Notes: generated by a model from the sequence alone, not told the origin. 64,000 nt of DNA from Candidatus Latescibacterota bacterium (GCA_965203175.1 OZ241867.1:1120001-1184000); one strand, 5' to 3'. Shown: positions 9,201-17,404, counted from the stretch's first letter. Made by a program: numbers and translations.

Positions 9201-9336
9201 ATAGGCTTGGAGTAGCCCCAAGCTACCGCAAGCCTATAGCGCAACTCCTTGTGACACAACAAGTTAGCCAACCGAAAGGAGATGCTTATACCACACAGGA
9301 TAACGAATTAAACCGATAGGCGCAAGGGCTATTTTT
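9201..9336 (+). ncRNA. Structured leader or small RNA
   Basis: Hairpin ATAGGCTTG..GTAGC-CCCAA-GCTAC..CAAGCCTAT (9201-9237); GCAACTCCTT/AAGGAGATGC (9241-9285); weak stem plus T-run near 9316-9336. Confidence 0.4.
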
Positions 9337-9374
9337 CCGTGTCCGTTAATCGGTTTAAAAAGGGAGAATACGAT

Positions 9375-9644
9375 TTGCTTTACATAGTTATTGATATGGA
9401 AACCGAAAATGGCGAAGGCACCCAGACAAGCCTTTACCATAAAATAAACGAGCTTGGTTATACGAATCGTAAGATGACTAGTTCTACCACTATGGTTTCA
9501 TGCGATCAAACAGCAGAAGAGCTGGCAAACAGTATCGGAATCGGAGAAAATAAAAGCAGTGGAGTTGTAAATGCTGTAGAGAATTATTCTGGTTTTGCAG
9601 AAAAAGACTTCGTGTCGTGGTTTAGAATTCACAAGAATAAATAG
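9375..9644 (+). CDS. Small Cas2/GhoS-like ferredoxin-fold protein, copy 1
   Basis: RBS AAGGGAG then TTG; MLYIVID start, beta-alpha-beta pattern, C-terminal YSGF…VSWF; similar to 10779-11039. Confidence 0.55.
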   Translation: MLYIVIDMETENGEGTQTSLYHKINELGYTNRKMTSSTTMVSCDQTAEELANSIGIGENKSSGVVNAVENYSGFAEKDFVSWFRIHKNK

Positions 9645-9651
9645 AATACTT

Positions 9652-10044
9652 ATGGCTAAATTTGACAGTCTTTACGACGACACTGGAGCATATATTGGAC
9701 CGGAAGGAGACGATCCTTTGACAGACAATATGCAACTTATTCATAATCAACTAGCAAGTCTTAACAATAGGCTAAGTAGTATGGATGGAAGATTAAACGC
9801 TATGGATAATAGACTGACAAGTATAGATAATCGTTTAAATTCTTCAGATACACAGACAAGAGATACGGATCAAAAGATTTTTAGTTTATCAAGAAATGTT
9901 TGGATTTTAATTGGTGGAATAATTCTTCTAGGCTGGATTGCAACTCCATTTTTAAATGCTTATGCGAAACAAATATTCTCTTATGAGTCGCAACAGCAGA
10001 CTGTTTCTACAATTAAAAACATGCCGGAAGAAAAGACCGACTAA
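9652..10044 (+). CDS. Coiled-coil plus single TM protein, copy 1
   Basis: Heptads LNNRLSSMDGRLNAMDNRLTSIDNRL then VWILIGGIILLGWIA. Confidence 0.7.
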   Translation: MAKFDSLYDDTGAYIGPEGDDPLTDNMQLIHNQLASLNNRLSSMDGRLNAMDNRLTSIDNRLNSSDTQTRDTDQKIFSLSRNVWILIGGIILLGWIATPFLNAYAKQIFSYESQQQTVSTIKNMPEEKTD

Positions 10045-10068
10045 ACATCTATATTTCGCGGATATAGC

Positions 10069-10103
10069 AAAGCCCCCGTCACAAGGCGTGACAGGGGCGT
10101 TTT
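10069..10103 (+). terminator. Intrinsic terminator-like hairpin
   Basis: GCCCC.GTCAC-AAGGC-GTGAC.GGGGC followed by GTTTT. Confidence 0.6.
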
Positions 10104-10121
10104 AGGTGAGGGAAGGGAAAC

Positions 10122-10159
10122 AGGCTTGATATAGTCCCTCACTGCTCTATATCAAGCCT
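10122..10159. repeat. 13-bp perfect inverted repeat
   Basis: AGGCTTGATATAG…CTATATCAAGCCT; shares AGGCTTG/CAAGCCT arms with the hairpin at 9203-9235. Confidence 0.7.
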
Positions 10160-10474
10160 TGTGGTATGCTTAGGACGTCTTGCTCGTCCATCGGTGCCAC
10201 CTCCTTTCTTTTATGGGATGCTGGAGTCTTGACCTTCAGCATCCCTGCTTTAATCATGCTCAGATCGAAACGGAAGGCGTTGATTCTGTCTTGCGACTTG
10301 TTCTTCACAGTCGATCATCGCCTTGCTCAACCTGCGATACGCTTTAGTCGAGAGTCGCTGAGTTTTGCGCGTTGCTCTTCTGTATAGCGAATCAAGTTTT
10401 AGATATCCCATATCGTCGTCTCCTTTTACGTATCTAATATACGCCCGATGTCGTCGCACCTGCAAGACTGGGGG

Positions 10475-10584
10475 CGTTTTTGGGGACCATTCTACTTTTC
10501 AGTCTTTTTCCTCTCTCGACATGGTCGTCCTAAGTGCTGTAAAAACAATGACATAATCGCCTGGGCAAATATACCTATTCTCCC
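10475..10584. mobile_element. Internal, diverged copy of the element's right end
   Basis: CGTTTT.GGGGACCATTCTAC and TGAC.TA.…CCTGGGCAA…CCC at the same spacing (103 vs 104 nt) as in 11506-11616. Confidence 0.8.
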
Positions 10585-10778
10585 TGCTCCTTCGCCCACC
10601 TAACCCCCTCTTTTCTGGGCCATTTCCCTTTAAATAACGCTATGGAGTTCAACCCTGTCCCTTGAGGCAACCTAATATATAAACCGTTGTTTCTATTACA
10701 TTTATGCAGCAGACTTGACAACAACCTTGCTCTTCCGCATCTTATCAGTCCCCAATAATACCTGCAAGGATATATTAG

Positions 10779-11039
10779 ATGGTGTATGCCATATCATGCG
10801 ACGACGTAAGCAGACTAAATAGCCTGTACATACTGCTTAGTCATCGTTATCTTTCTCATTTAGAATCATCTCCAAATATTTTGTTCGTCTCTGCTCCTAA
10901 GACAGCTAAAGAGATTTATGACGAGATCGCTGCAGAGGAGGGAGAAGGAGCGACAATAGTTATTTTAGGCATACAAACATACTATGGGTGGGCTTCTCCC
11001 CAATTATGGGAATGGCTACATGTCCAGCTCAGAGCCTGA
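10779..11039 (+). CDS. Small Cas2/GhoS-like ferredoxin-fold protein, copy 2
   Basis: MVYAISCD…KTAKEIYDEI…YYGWASPQLWEWL; TTGACA at 10715 and RBS AAGGA upstream. Confidence 0.6.
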   Translation: MVYAISCDDVSRLNSLYILLSHRYLSHLESSPNILFVSAPKTAKEIYDEIAAEEGEGATIVILGIQTYYGWASPQLWEWLHVQLRA

Positions 11040-11310
11040 TAGAAATCAATCGGGAAAGCCCGATGATCAGAAAACTAGTCCTCCTGAAATAATAGGGGAT
11101 GTAGGCCCTTGGATATTAAAGAGTTTCAATGATTTAAATGAACGATTTGACTCTATTGACGGCAGACTGGATAGCATCGACAAAAATATAAAGTGGCTTA
11201 ACAGACTCGCGTGGTTCGTTATTGCTTGCGTGGCTATCTTTATTTTTATCTGTTTCATGTTTATTCGACCAGCCATCCCTTTCGTTCTAAAAAAGCTATT
11301 CCCCGGCTAA
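11020..11310 (+). CDS. Coiled-coil plus single TM protein, copy 2
   Basis: LNERFDSIDGRLDSIDKNI then AWFVIACVAIFIFICFMFI; overlaps upstream gene. Confidence 0.7.
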   Translation: MSSSEPDRNQSGKPDDQKTSPPEIIGDVGPWILKSFNDLNERFDSIDGRLDSIDKNIKWLNRLAWFVIACVAIFIFICFMFIRPAIPFVLKKLFPG

Positions 11311-11316
11311 TTTTTC

Positions 11317-11345
11317 TTGACGTGGTTCATCTGTAGTGCGATAAT
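11317..11345 (+). promoter_or_regulatory. Promoter TTGACG-17-GATAAT with extended TG
   Basis: Read directly. Confidence 0.6.
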
Positions 11346-11399
11346 AAAAGCAAGAATATATGGCTTTTGAATAATATAAATCTCCTCTATGGAGATTCG

Positions 11400-11486
11400 A
11401 TGGCCAATATAGTAATTATCATAAAGTTGGCACTATCGCATTTATTCAACGACCCCAACCTAAACGATCACGTCTCCCAAGAGTAA
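11400..11486 (+). CDS. Possible 28-aa peptide MANIVIIIKLALSHLFNDPNLNDHVSQE
   Basis: Own promoter; GGAG RBS within AATCTCC/GGAGATT stem. Confidence 0.3.
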   Translation: MANIVIIIKLALSHLFNDPNLNDHVSQE

Positions 11487-11593
11487 TATCCCTCTTTCTC
11501 TTCGTCGTTTTAGGGGACCATTCTACGTCATCTTCTTTTTCTCCCCGAATATCCTCTCTCGTAACTATCTCTCTAACAGTGACTTATCGGCCT

Positions 11594-11616
11594 GGGCAAG
11601 ATAGTGCCTTATTCCC
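11594..11616 (-). repeat. Right terminal inverted repeat
   Basis: GGGCAAGATAGTGCCTTATTCCC followed by the TSD. Confidence 0.9.
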
Positions 11617-11745
11617 CACCAGATAGCGCGCAACCAACGCAGCATCGCCGTCGGGCAAATCGACTTTACACAGCACTTCGGTGGTAAAATCGCGCAACAT
11701 ATCCGGCATGATGCGCCTAGCGTCTTCGGGCACATAAACAGGCAT
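11617..11745 (-). pseudogene. Ldh_2 family oxidoreductase, 5' part
   Basis: RBS GAGGAG; MPVYVPEDARRIMPDMLRDFTTEVLCKVDLPDGDAALVARYLV. Confidence 0.9.
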
Positions 11746-11766
11746 GAAAGCCTCTCCTCTAAGTCG

Positions 11767-12786
11767 TCAGAAATCGTTCCTTACTTTCTCCGGCATCCCC
11801 GAACGGAGCGAATCCCAACACGCTAGTCCTGTGGCGACGACCCTAGCCCCTTCGCGGACGCCGACCCAAGGCTTTGCGCCGTTCAGGACGCAATCTGCCA
11901 TGTGCCGCAGCATGACGATCATCTCGCTGGCGTGACCTCGCTCCGATGAAAACTCGGCAGTGACCTTGCGCGAGGGCAGGTCGCCGGTGGGATCGAGGCT
12001 CTTTGCGCCATTGAGAATGGTGCCACGGGTCCCGTAAACGGCTAGGCTGTTCGTCGGGATATCGTGCGGGTGTACGATGCCGAGAAAGTTCGCAATGCGT
12101 CCGATCTTGCCGGATATAAACTTCACGTTGATGACGAAGTTGTCCTCTTGGGGATAGTTCGGCGCAACGCCACTGCGCAACCCGTAACAGTGGACTTCGT
12201 CGATATCGCCCATGAACCAGCGCAAAAGATCGATTGGGTGGCAGGCACCGCCCAAGATCAGGTCTTGCGGCATCTCAACTCGCCAAGGGGAGTAGTCATA
12301 GACCGGGCGGAGATCGTGAACGTAGTGGGACTCGGCCATGAAGAGCTCGCCGATTTCTCCAGCGTCGCAGGCGCGCTTCGCTTCGATGAAATCATACCTC
12401 CCGCGCAGACTCTGCGTGACGAGCAGCACTTTGCCCGACCGGTCAACAGCTTCCACAACCTGCTCCACTTCTTCCATAGTGTACACCATCGACTTGGTGA
12501 CCATCACGTGCTTGCCCGCGTCGAGCGCGGTCAGGATCTGTTGCGCGTGAAGCGGTCCAGGCGTGTAGATGCCGATGATGTCGAGGTCGCTGCGCGCGAC
12601 CAATTCGTCGAAATCAGATGTCAGAGCGTCGATCCCAAATTCGCAGCCGAGCGCTTCGAGCTTGTCCTGCCGCGCATCGCACAGAGCGGTGACGCGAACC
12701 GGTAAGCTGCTGTTTTCCGGCTGATTGGCACCAAGCAGCGTTCTGCCGTGGCCAAGCCCGGCGACGCCGATGCTGAGTTGACTCAT
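11767..12786 (-). CDS. Gfo/Idh/MocA family oxidoreductase
   Basis: GVAGLGHG, TPGPLH, GKHVMVTKS, GACHPID. Confidence 0.9.
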   Translation of the reverse strand: MSQLSIGVAGLGHGRTLLGANQPENSSLPVRVTALCDARQDKLEALGCEFGIDALTSDFDELVARSDLDIIGIYTPGPLHAQQILTALDAGKHVMVTKSMVYTMEEVEQVVEAVDRSGKVLLVTQSLRGRYDFIEAKRACDAGEIGELFMAESHYVHDLRPVYDYSPWRVEMPQDLILGGACHPIDLLRWFMGDIDEVHCYGLRSGVAPNYPQEDNFVINVKFISGKIGRIANFLGIVHPHDIPTNSLAVYGTRGTILNGAKSLDPTGDLPSRKVTAEFSSERGHASEMIVMLRHMADCVLNGAKPWVGVREGARVVATGLACWDSLRSGMPEKVRNDF

Positions 12787-12842
12787 TTTCGTTTCTCTCC
12801 CGGTTAATTTTGCTAGTCGTGTGAGCGCGGGTTGCAATCAGA

Positions 12843-14066
12843 TCACGCGGCCGTCCAACTGGCAATGAAGTCTTCCGTACCGTAGTCCGCGGGCATCTCG
12901 TTAAAGTAGTGCTTCATTGGAACGGCCTGAAAGCCCGGCACAAAGTGTTCCTCGTCCGCTTGCAGCAGATCCTCGAGCGGACTGAAGCGATCCCACAGCA
13001 AGCGCGCCTCATCCGGGGTGAATCGATCGGCAAATTTCGGCCCCCAATTGAGCGTAATGGGGTGCTTCCCCAGAACGCGACGCTGGAGATCCTCGGCGAT
13101 ACCCTGCAGCGGCGGATCCTTGTGCAGCCGAATCGCCAGCGCGGCCTTGCACAGGTAAACAGTTGATAGCATTCTGCCCTTCTCGGCCCGCTCCGGATGG
13201 AGGCCATCCAAAGCGTTCAGATACGCGGCTCCATCTCCTGCGAGAACAGCCTGCAGCGCCGATTCCGTATGCTGCTTCATCTGCTCGCTGCGGTCGTTCC
13301 AGCGCGTGAACGCCGTCTGTGCGTCTGCGGAGATGTGTTCAGCAAACGAAAGGTCGTCTATCGAAGTAAAGGTCGAGAAGCCACCGTGAACGGTTCGCCG
13401 CATCTTGGGGCTGTAATTGCTGCCCCAGTGGAGAATCGGGAGGATATAGACGACGCCGTCACCGGCTTCAAGATGAGTCTGCACGCCAGTGGGCAGCGGG
13501 CGGGGGGGGTCTGCCAACATCACCTCGTTTTCTTCGGGCGTGTTCAGCCGCAGATGACTGCCCGGCACCACCCACAGGACGCTGTCGTCGTAGAGCGGGA
13601 TGTTCCACTGGACGTAGCGCGGGCCTCCTTCGAGGATGTCGTCGATATAGCCCTGGAGCGGCGCAGTGTCGATGGGGTGAAGATCGCGGTGCCACTTCGC
13701 CGGGCCGTGGTCCCGGACGGGATTGCACATCATCATCATCTCTGTGACGGCCCCGTCCGCTATGCCGAGAAGCTCGGTGCTGACTCCGTGGATGTTCTCC
13801 TCGAGCCACACTTCGACCGCCGGCGCGGTCTCCGGGTCGATCTGATTGACGAGCGGCGCCCTTGACAGTTGCAGGCGAGGCTGCGCCCCGGTCTCCCAAA
13901 CGCCCCCAGGCGGATCGCCTGCCGCGCGCTCGGCCTTCCAATTCTCGCGCTGGCGATTGACGAGCGTCTCGTACGCTTGCCGGACCCGTTCGAGTTTGTC
14001 GCGTGGCACGGCTTCCTTGACAATGAGGTAGCCGGTTTCCAGAAATTCGTCGCGGTTGAGTTTCAT
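12843..14066 (-). CDS. PhyH family dioxygenase with C-terminal extension
   Basis: FLETGYL, WHRD, VVPGSH, AGDGV…LHWGS. Confidence 0.8.
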   Translation of the reverse strand: MKLNRDEFLETGYLIVKEAVPRDKLERVRQAYETLVNRQRENWKAERAAGDPPGGVWETGAQPRLQLSRAPLVNQIDPETAPAVEVWLEENIHGVSTELLGIADGAVTEMMMMCNPVRDHGPAKWHRDLHPIDTAPLQGYIDDILEGGPRYVQWNIPLYDDSVLWVVPGSHLRLNTPEENEVMLADPPRPLPTGVQTHLEAGDGVVYILPILHWGSNYSPKMRRTVHGGFSTFTSIDDLSFAEHISADAQTAFTRWNDRSEQMKQHTESALQAVLAGDGAAYLNALDGLHPERAEKGRMLSTVYLCKAALAIRLHKDPPLQGIAEDLQRRVLGKHPITLNWGPKFADRFTPDEARLLWDRFSPLEDLLQADEEHFVPGFQAVPMKHYFNEMPADYGTEDFIASWTAA

Positions 14067-14275
14067 GTTGGACTCCAATCAGGGTAAAGGAACGTTAGCC
14101 TAAGTGGACCTGTTACACGCTGCTTATTGAGCGAGTGAGCCATCGGATACGAACTGATATTCTAGTAAAACTGATACAGATGCTCAATTGAGTAAAATGG
14201 CCGCGAGGCGAGCCCGGCCCCGTGTTGGGTTGAATAAGCACTGAAACCCATTACATTTGGAGTGCTGCTGAGGGA

Positions 14276-15289
14276 ATGGCAATGAAAACACGCATACTAG
14301 GTAAGACAGGTCTCAACGTCAGTGAACTCGGACTCGGCTCTGGTTTTATGGCAGGTCAAGGGCAGGATGGTGTGAATCGTTGTGTGGATTATGCGATTGA
14401 CCACGACGTGAACTATTTCGACACAGCCGCAAACTACGGGGACGGCAGGGATGAAACGATGCTGGGAGCCGCCTTGAAAGGAAAACGAGACAAGGTCATC
14501 CTTGCTACCAAAGTGGGATTTACAAACCGTGAGCGCTACCGCTTAGAGGGTCATCGCAGCGCCGACCAGCTCATGGAGCAATTCGAGAATTCCCTCAAGC
14601 GACTTCAGACCGATTACGTGGACATCATTCAGATTCACGAAGCGGACTACATGAAATGGTGGACTGACGATATCCCCGAAAATGAAGATGCGGGGGATTG
14701 GAGTGCACTCATTGAGGATGACACAGACTACGACTTCTCCAATGCGCCGGCGGTCAAATTCCTCGTAGATGCGAAGCGTAGCGGCAAGGCACGTTTTATC
14801 GGATTGACGGCCAAGAATGCACGCGTGTTGGCGCGAATCCTGAAAGTGCTCAAGGTTGATTCTGTCATGACAGCGCATCAGTTCAATCCGGTTTTCAGAA
14901 ACGCTGTTGAATTCCTGTTCCCGACTGCTCAAGACCTACAGGTAGGCGTTGTGATCGGTGCACCATTGATGAAAGGTTGGCTTGCCGTTCCCCAAAACGC
15001 ATGGCGGGAGAGTCCTCCCGATTGGATGGACGAGATTTTCAAGGCGTCCTATTTCAGGTTCCTTGATATTCATGCGGACGCTGATATTCCCATGGCAGAA
15101 CTCTGTATCCGCTGGATGCTTTCCGAGCAAAAGCAACAGTCCATCGTTGTTGGTTTCAGTAATCTCCAAGAAGTCGAATTCAATATGTCTGCTGCGCTTC
15201 GTGGAGTACTCCCGGACGATCTCAACGCTGCGATAGAGGAGGTTGGGATTGTTCATCCTCTCATCTATCAAGGGCGGACGCGGATCTGA
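14276..15289 (+). CDS. Aldo/keto reductase
   Basis: LGKTGLNVSELGLG, FDTAANYG, SLKRLQTDYVDIIQIH. Confidence 0.92.
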   Translation: MAMKTRILGKTGLNVSELGLGSGFMAGQGQDGVNRCVDYAIDHDVNYFDTAANYGDGRDETMLGAALKGKRDKVILATKVGFTNRERYRLEGHRSADQLMEQFENSLKRLQTDYVDIIQIHEADYMKWWTDDIPENEDAGDWSALIEDDTDYDFSNAPAVKFLVDAKRSGKARFIGLTAKNARVLARILKVLKVDSVMTAHQFNPVFRNAVEFLFPTAQDLQVGVVIGAPLMKGWLAVPQNAWRESPPDWMDEIFKASYFRFLDIHADADIPMAELCIRWMLSEQKQQSIVVGFSNLQEVEFNMSAALRGVLPDDLNAAIEEVGIVHPLIYQGRTRI

Positions 15290-15472
15290 AGTCTCCAACT
15301 GTCACGAAGGGGCTGGGGTTGTAATCGCCAATCATCGCTTCAGCCTCCCCGCAGGGCCGACGTATTGATTGACCCCCTGTGGAACGTGCATCATATTCGT
15401 TTGAGAAGTTAATCGTACTCGTGCGTCCAATACGCCGAGGGCGCGACGATACATCAAACAGGAATCCAACCC

Positions 15473-16462
15473 ATGCCCCAACTAACCCCATCCCAACTCG
15501 ACCACTATCGCGAACGCGGCTTCGTCCTCGTCGAAGACCTCCTCGACCCCATCACCGACATTGATCCCGTCTTAGCCGAATACGACGAAGTCCTCGACAA
15601 GCTCGCCGACGAGCTTGTCGCCGCAGGTCAGATCGCCTCTACATACGACGACCTCGGCTTTGACGAGCGCCTCTGCCAGATCTACAACGAAACCGGCCAA
15701 GTTTACGCCCAGCACTTCGACATCTCGCTGCCCCAGGGCGGCATTGGCCCGGACTCGCGCATCGCCGTTGGCCCCGCCGCCTTCGCCATGCTGCGCAACG
15801 AAAAGCTCCTCGACATCATCGAAGACCTCATCGGCCCGGAAATCTACTCCAACCCCGTCCAACACATCCGCATCAAACCGCCCGAGCAGTACTTGCCCGG
15901 TGTCCCCAAAGACCACCACGGCCGCATTGCCGGCTTCGCCGTGGGTGCCACGCCCTGGCACCAAGACAATGGCGTGGTTTTGCCCGAGGCCGACGAGACC
16001 GACATGCTCACCGTGTGGGTGCCGCTGACCAATGCCTTTCGCGAGCACGGCTGCATCGAAGTTGTCGCTGGCAGCCACCGCGACGGGCTGTTGCACCACT
16101 GCCAGTTCAAAGGCGTCGGCCACTTTATCCGCGACCAAGACCTAGCTCTCGACCGCGTCGTCACCGCCGAACTCAAGCGCGGCGATGTGCTCTTCATGCA
16201 CCGGCGGACCTGCCATTCGTCGCTGCCCAACGTCAGCGAGCAGGTGCGAATTAGCTTCGACCTCCGCTACAGCCCCACCGGCCAGCCCACCGGCCGACCG
16301 CTCTTTCCCGGCTTCGTCGCCCGCAGCCGCAAAGATCCCCACAGCGAATTGCGCGACCCAGAAGCTTGGGCCCAATCGTGGTACGACGCGCGAGAAAAAT
16401 TGTCCGACAAGAACTTGCCCTCTTTCAATCGCTGGCCATCCGAAGACCCCACCTGCGCCTGA
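15473..16462 (+). CDS. PhyH family dioxygenase
   Basis: TPWHQD, TVWVPL, GSH, GDVLFMH..T.HSS.PN, RISFDLRY. Confidence 0.9.
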   Translation: MPQLTPSQLDHYRERGFVLVEDLLDPITDIDPVLAEYDEVLDKLADELVAAGQIASTYDDLGFDERLCQIYNETGQVYAQHFDISLPQGGIGPDSRIAVGPAAFAMLRNEKLLDIIEDLIGPEIYSNPVQHIRIKPPEQYLPGVPKDHHGRIAGFAVGATPWHQDNGVVLPEADETDMLTVWVPLTNAFREHGCIEVVAGSHRDGLLHHCQFKGVGHFIRDQDLALDRVVTAELKRGDVLFMHRRTCHSSLPNVSEQVRISFDLRYSPTGQPTGRPLFPGFVARSRKDPHSELRDPEAWAQSWYDAREKLSDKNLPSFNRWPSEDPTCA

Positions 16463-16467
16463 ACGCT

Positions 16468-17322
16468 ATGGTCGAACTGGAATTGAGCACGGCCGAACAC
16501 AGCGCGCGCAAGCTAAAACCAGAGCACCTGCAACAAGCCGTCGCCGCCTTGCACGACGATGGCTTCGTCGTCCTCCACCGCGCCATTGATCTCGCGCATA
16601 TCGAACTGCTGCGCGAGCGCATGCTCGCCGACGTCGAAGAAATCCTCGCCCTCGCCGACGTTCCCTATCAGTTCAACGACGGCCACCTGCAACAGGACCC
16701 ACCGCCTTTTCCGCCGTACCTCTTCCGCGACGTGCTAGTCAACGACCTCGTCGTCGAAATAACGCACGCTGTGCTCGGCGAGGGCGTCAAAAACGCCTTC
16801 TACAGCGGCAACACCTGTCTGCCCAACACCACTCAACAACCCCTCCACGTTGACGCCGGTCAACTCTGGCCCAATCTCGCGGTGGCGACGCCGGCCTACG
16901 GCATTGTCGTCAACGTGCCCGTCGTCGATGCCACGCCCGAAAACGGCAGCACCGAACTGTGGCCCGGCACCCACCTAGACACCACCCGCGCCCTCAACGA
17001 CAGCGACATCAAGCTGCCGCCCGCAATCGAAGAGCGCCTCCGCGCCGAGTGCAAACCCCTGCAGCCGAGCGTGCCCGCCGGCAGCGTGCTCGTCCGCGAC
17101 ATGCGCCTCTGGCATCGCGGCGTGCCCAACCTCACCGACCAGCCCCGCCCGATGATCGCCATGATCCACTGGGCGCATTGGTGGCACACGAAAAAGCCGC
17201 TGTTGTTTCCCAAGGGGACGGAAGAGTTGTTCGCAGATAGTGCGTTGGAAACGGTAGCAGAATTTGTCGATGAGCCGATTGATTACATCAGCCGCAATCG
17301 AAAGTACGATTACTCCGGGTAG
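16468..17322 (+). CDS. PhyH family dioxygenase
   Basis: QPLHVD, ENGSTELWPGTH, RD.RLWHRG.PN. Confidence 0.9.
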   Translation: MVELELSTAEHSARKLKPEHLQQAVAALHDDGFVVLHRAIDLAHIELLRERMLADVEEILALADVPYQFNDGHLQQDPPPFPPYLFRDVLVNDLVVEITHAVLGEGVKNAFYSGNTCLPNTTQQPLHVDAGQLWPNLAVATPAYGIVVNVPVVDATPENGSTELWPGTHLDTTRALNDSDIKLPPAIEERLRAECKPLQPSVPAGSVLVRDMRLWHRGVPNLTDQPRPMIAMIHWAHWWHTKKPLLFPKGTEELFADSALETVAEFVDEPIDYISRNRKYDYSG

Positions 17323-17399
17323 GCCAATCGACTACATCAGCCGCAATCGGAGCCGGCCGGCCCCAGCATTGGGGCCGCAGTACGATTATTCCGAGTAGG
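17275..17399 (+). repeat. Diverged duplication of the gene 3' end, split by a small GC hairpin
   Basis: 17275-17323 repeated as 17324-17349 plus 17379-17399. Confidence 0.8.
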
Positions 17400-17404
17400 G
17401 CTGC

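Larger units (their letters stand above)
6207..11616. mobile_element. IS1595-family element with passenger genes (tIS), 5410 bp
   Basis: Left TIR GGGAATAATATACTATTTTGCCC vs right TIR (revcomp) GGGAATAAGGCACTATCTTGCCC, 19/23 identical; 8-bp TSD CACCAGAT at 6199-6206 and 11617-11624; internal IS1595 transposase; visibly AT-richer than flanks. Confidence 0.93.

Noticed and set aside
8903-9336. IscB/HEARO (OMEGA) system
   Set aside because: 89-aa ORF lacks RuvC and PLMP regions, and the element is IS1595, not IS200/605
7189-10159. Integron attC sites between cargo genes
   Set aside because: Hairpins lack RYYYAAC/GTTRRRY ends; no integrase present
10250-10465. Basic 71-aa minus-strand ORF in the IS
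   Set aside because: Possible RBS before MGYLKL but no recognisable features; insufficient support
9375-11310. CRISPR-Cas locus suggested by Cas2-like proteins
   Set aside because: No cas1, effector genes or repeat-spacer array in the window
14090-15470. Mobile element around the compositionally distinct aldo/keto reductase
   Set aside because: No TIR, TSD or recombinase found by eye
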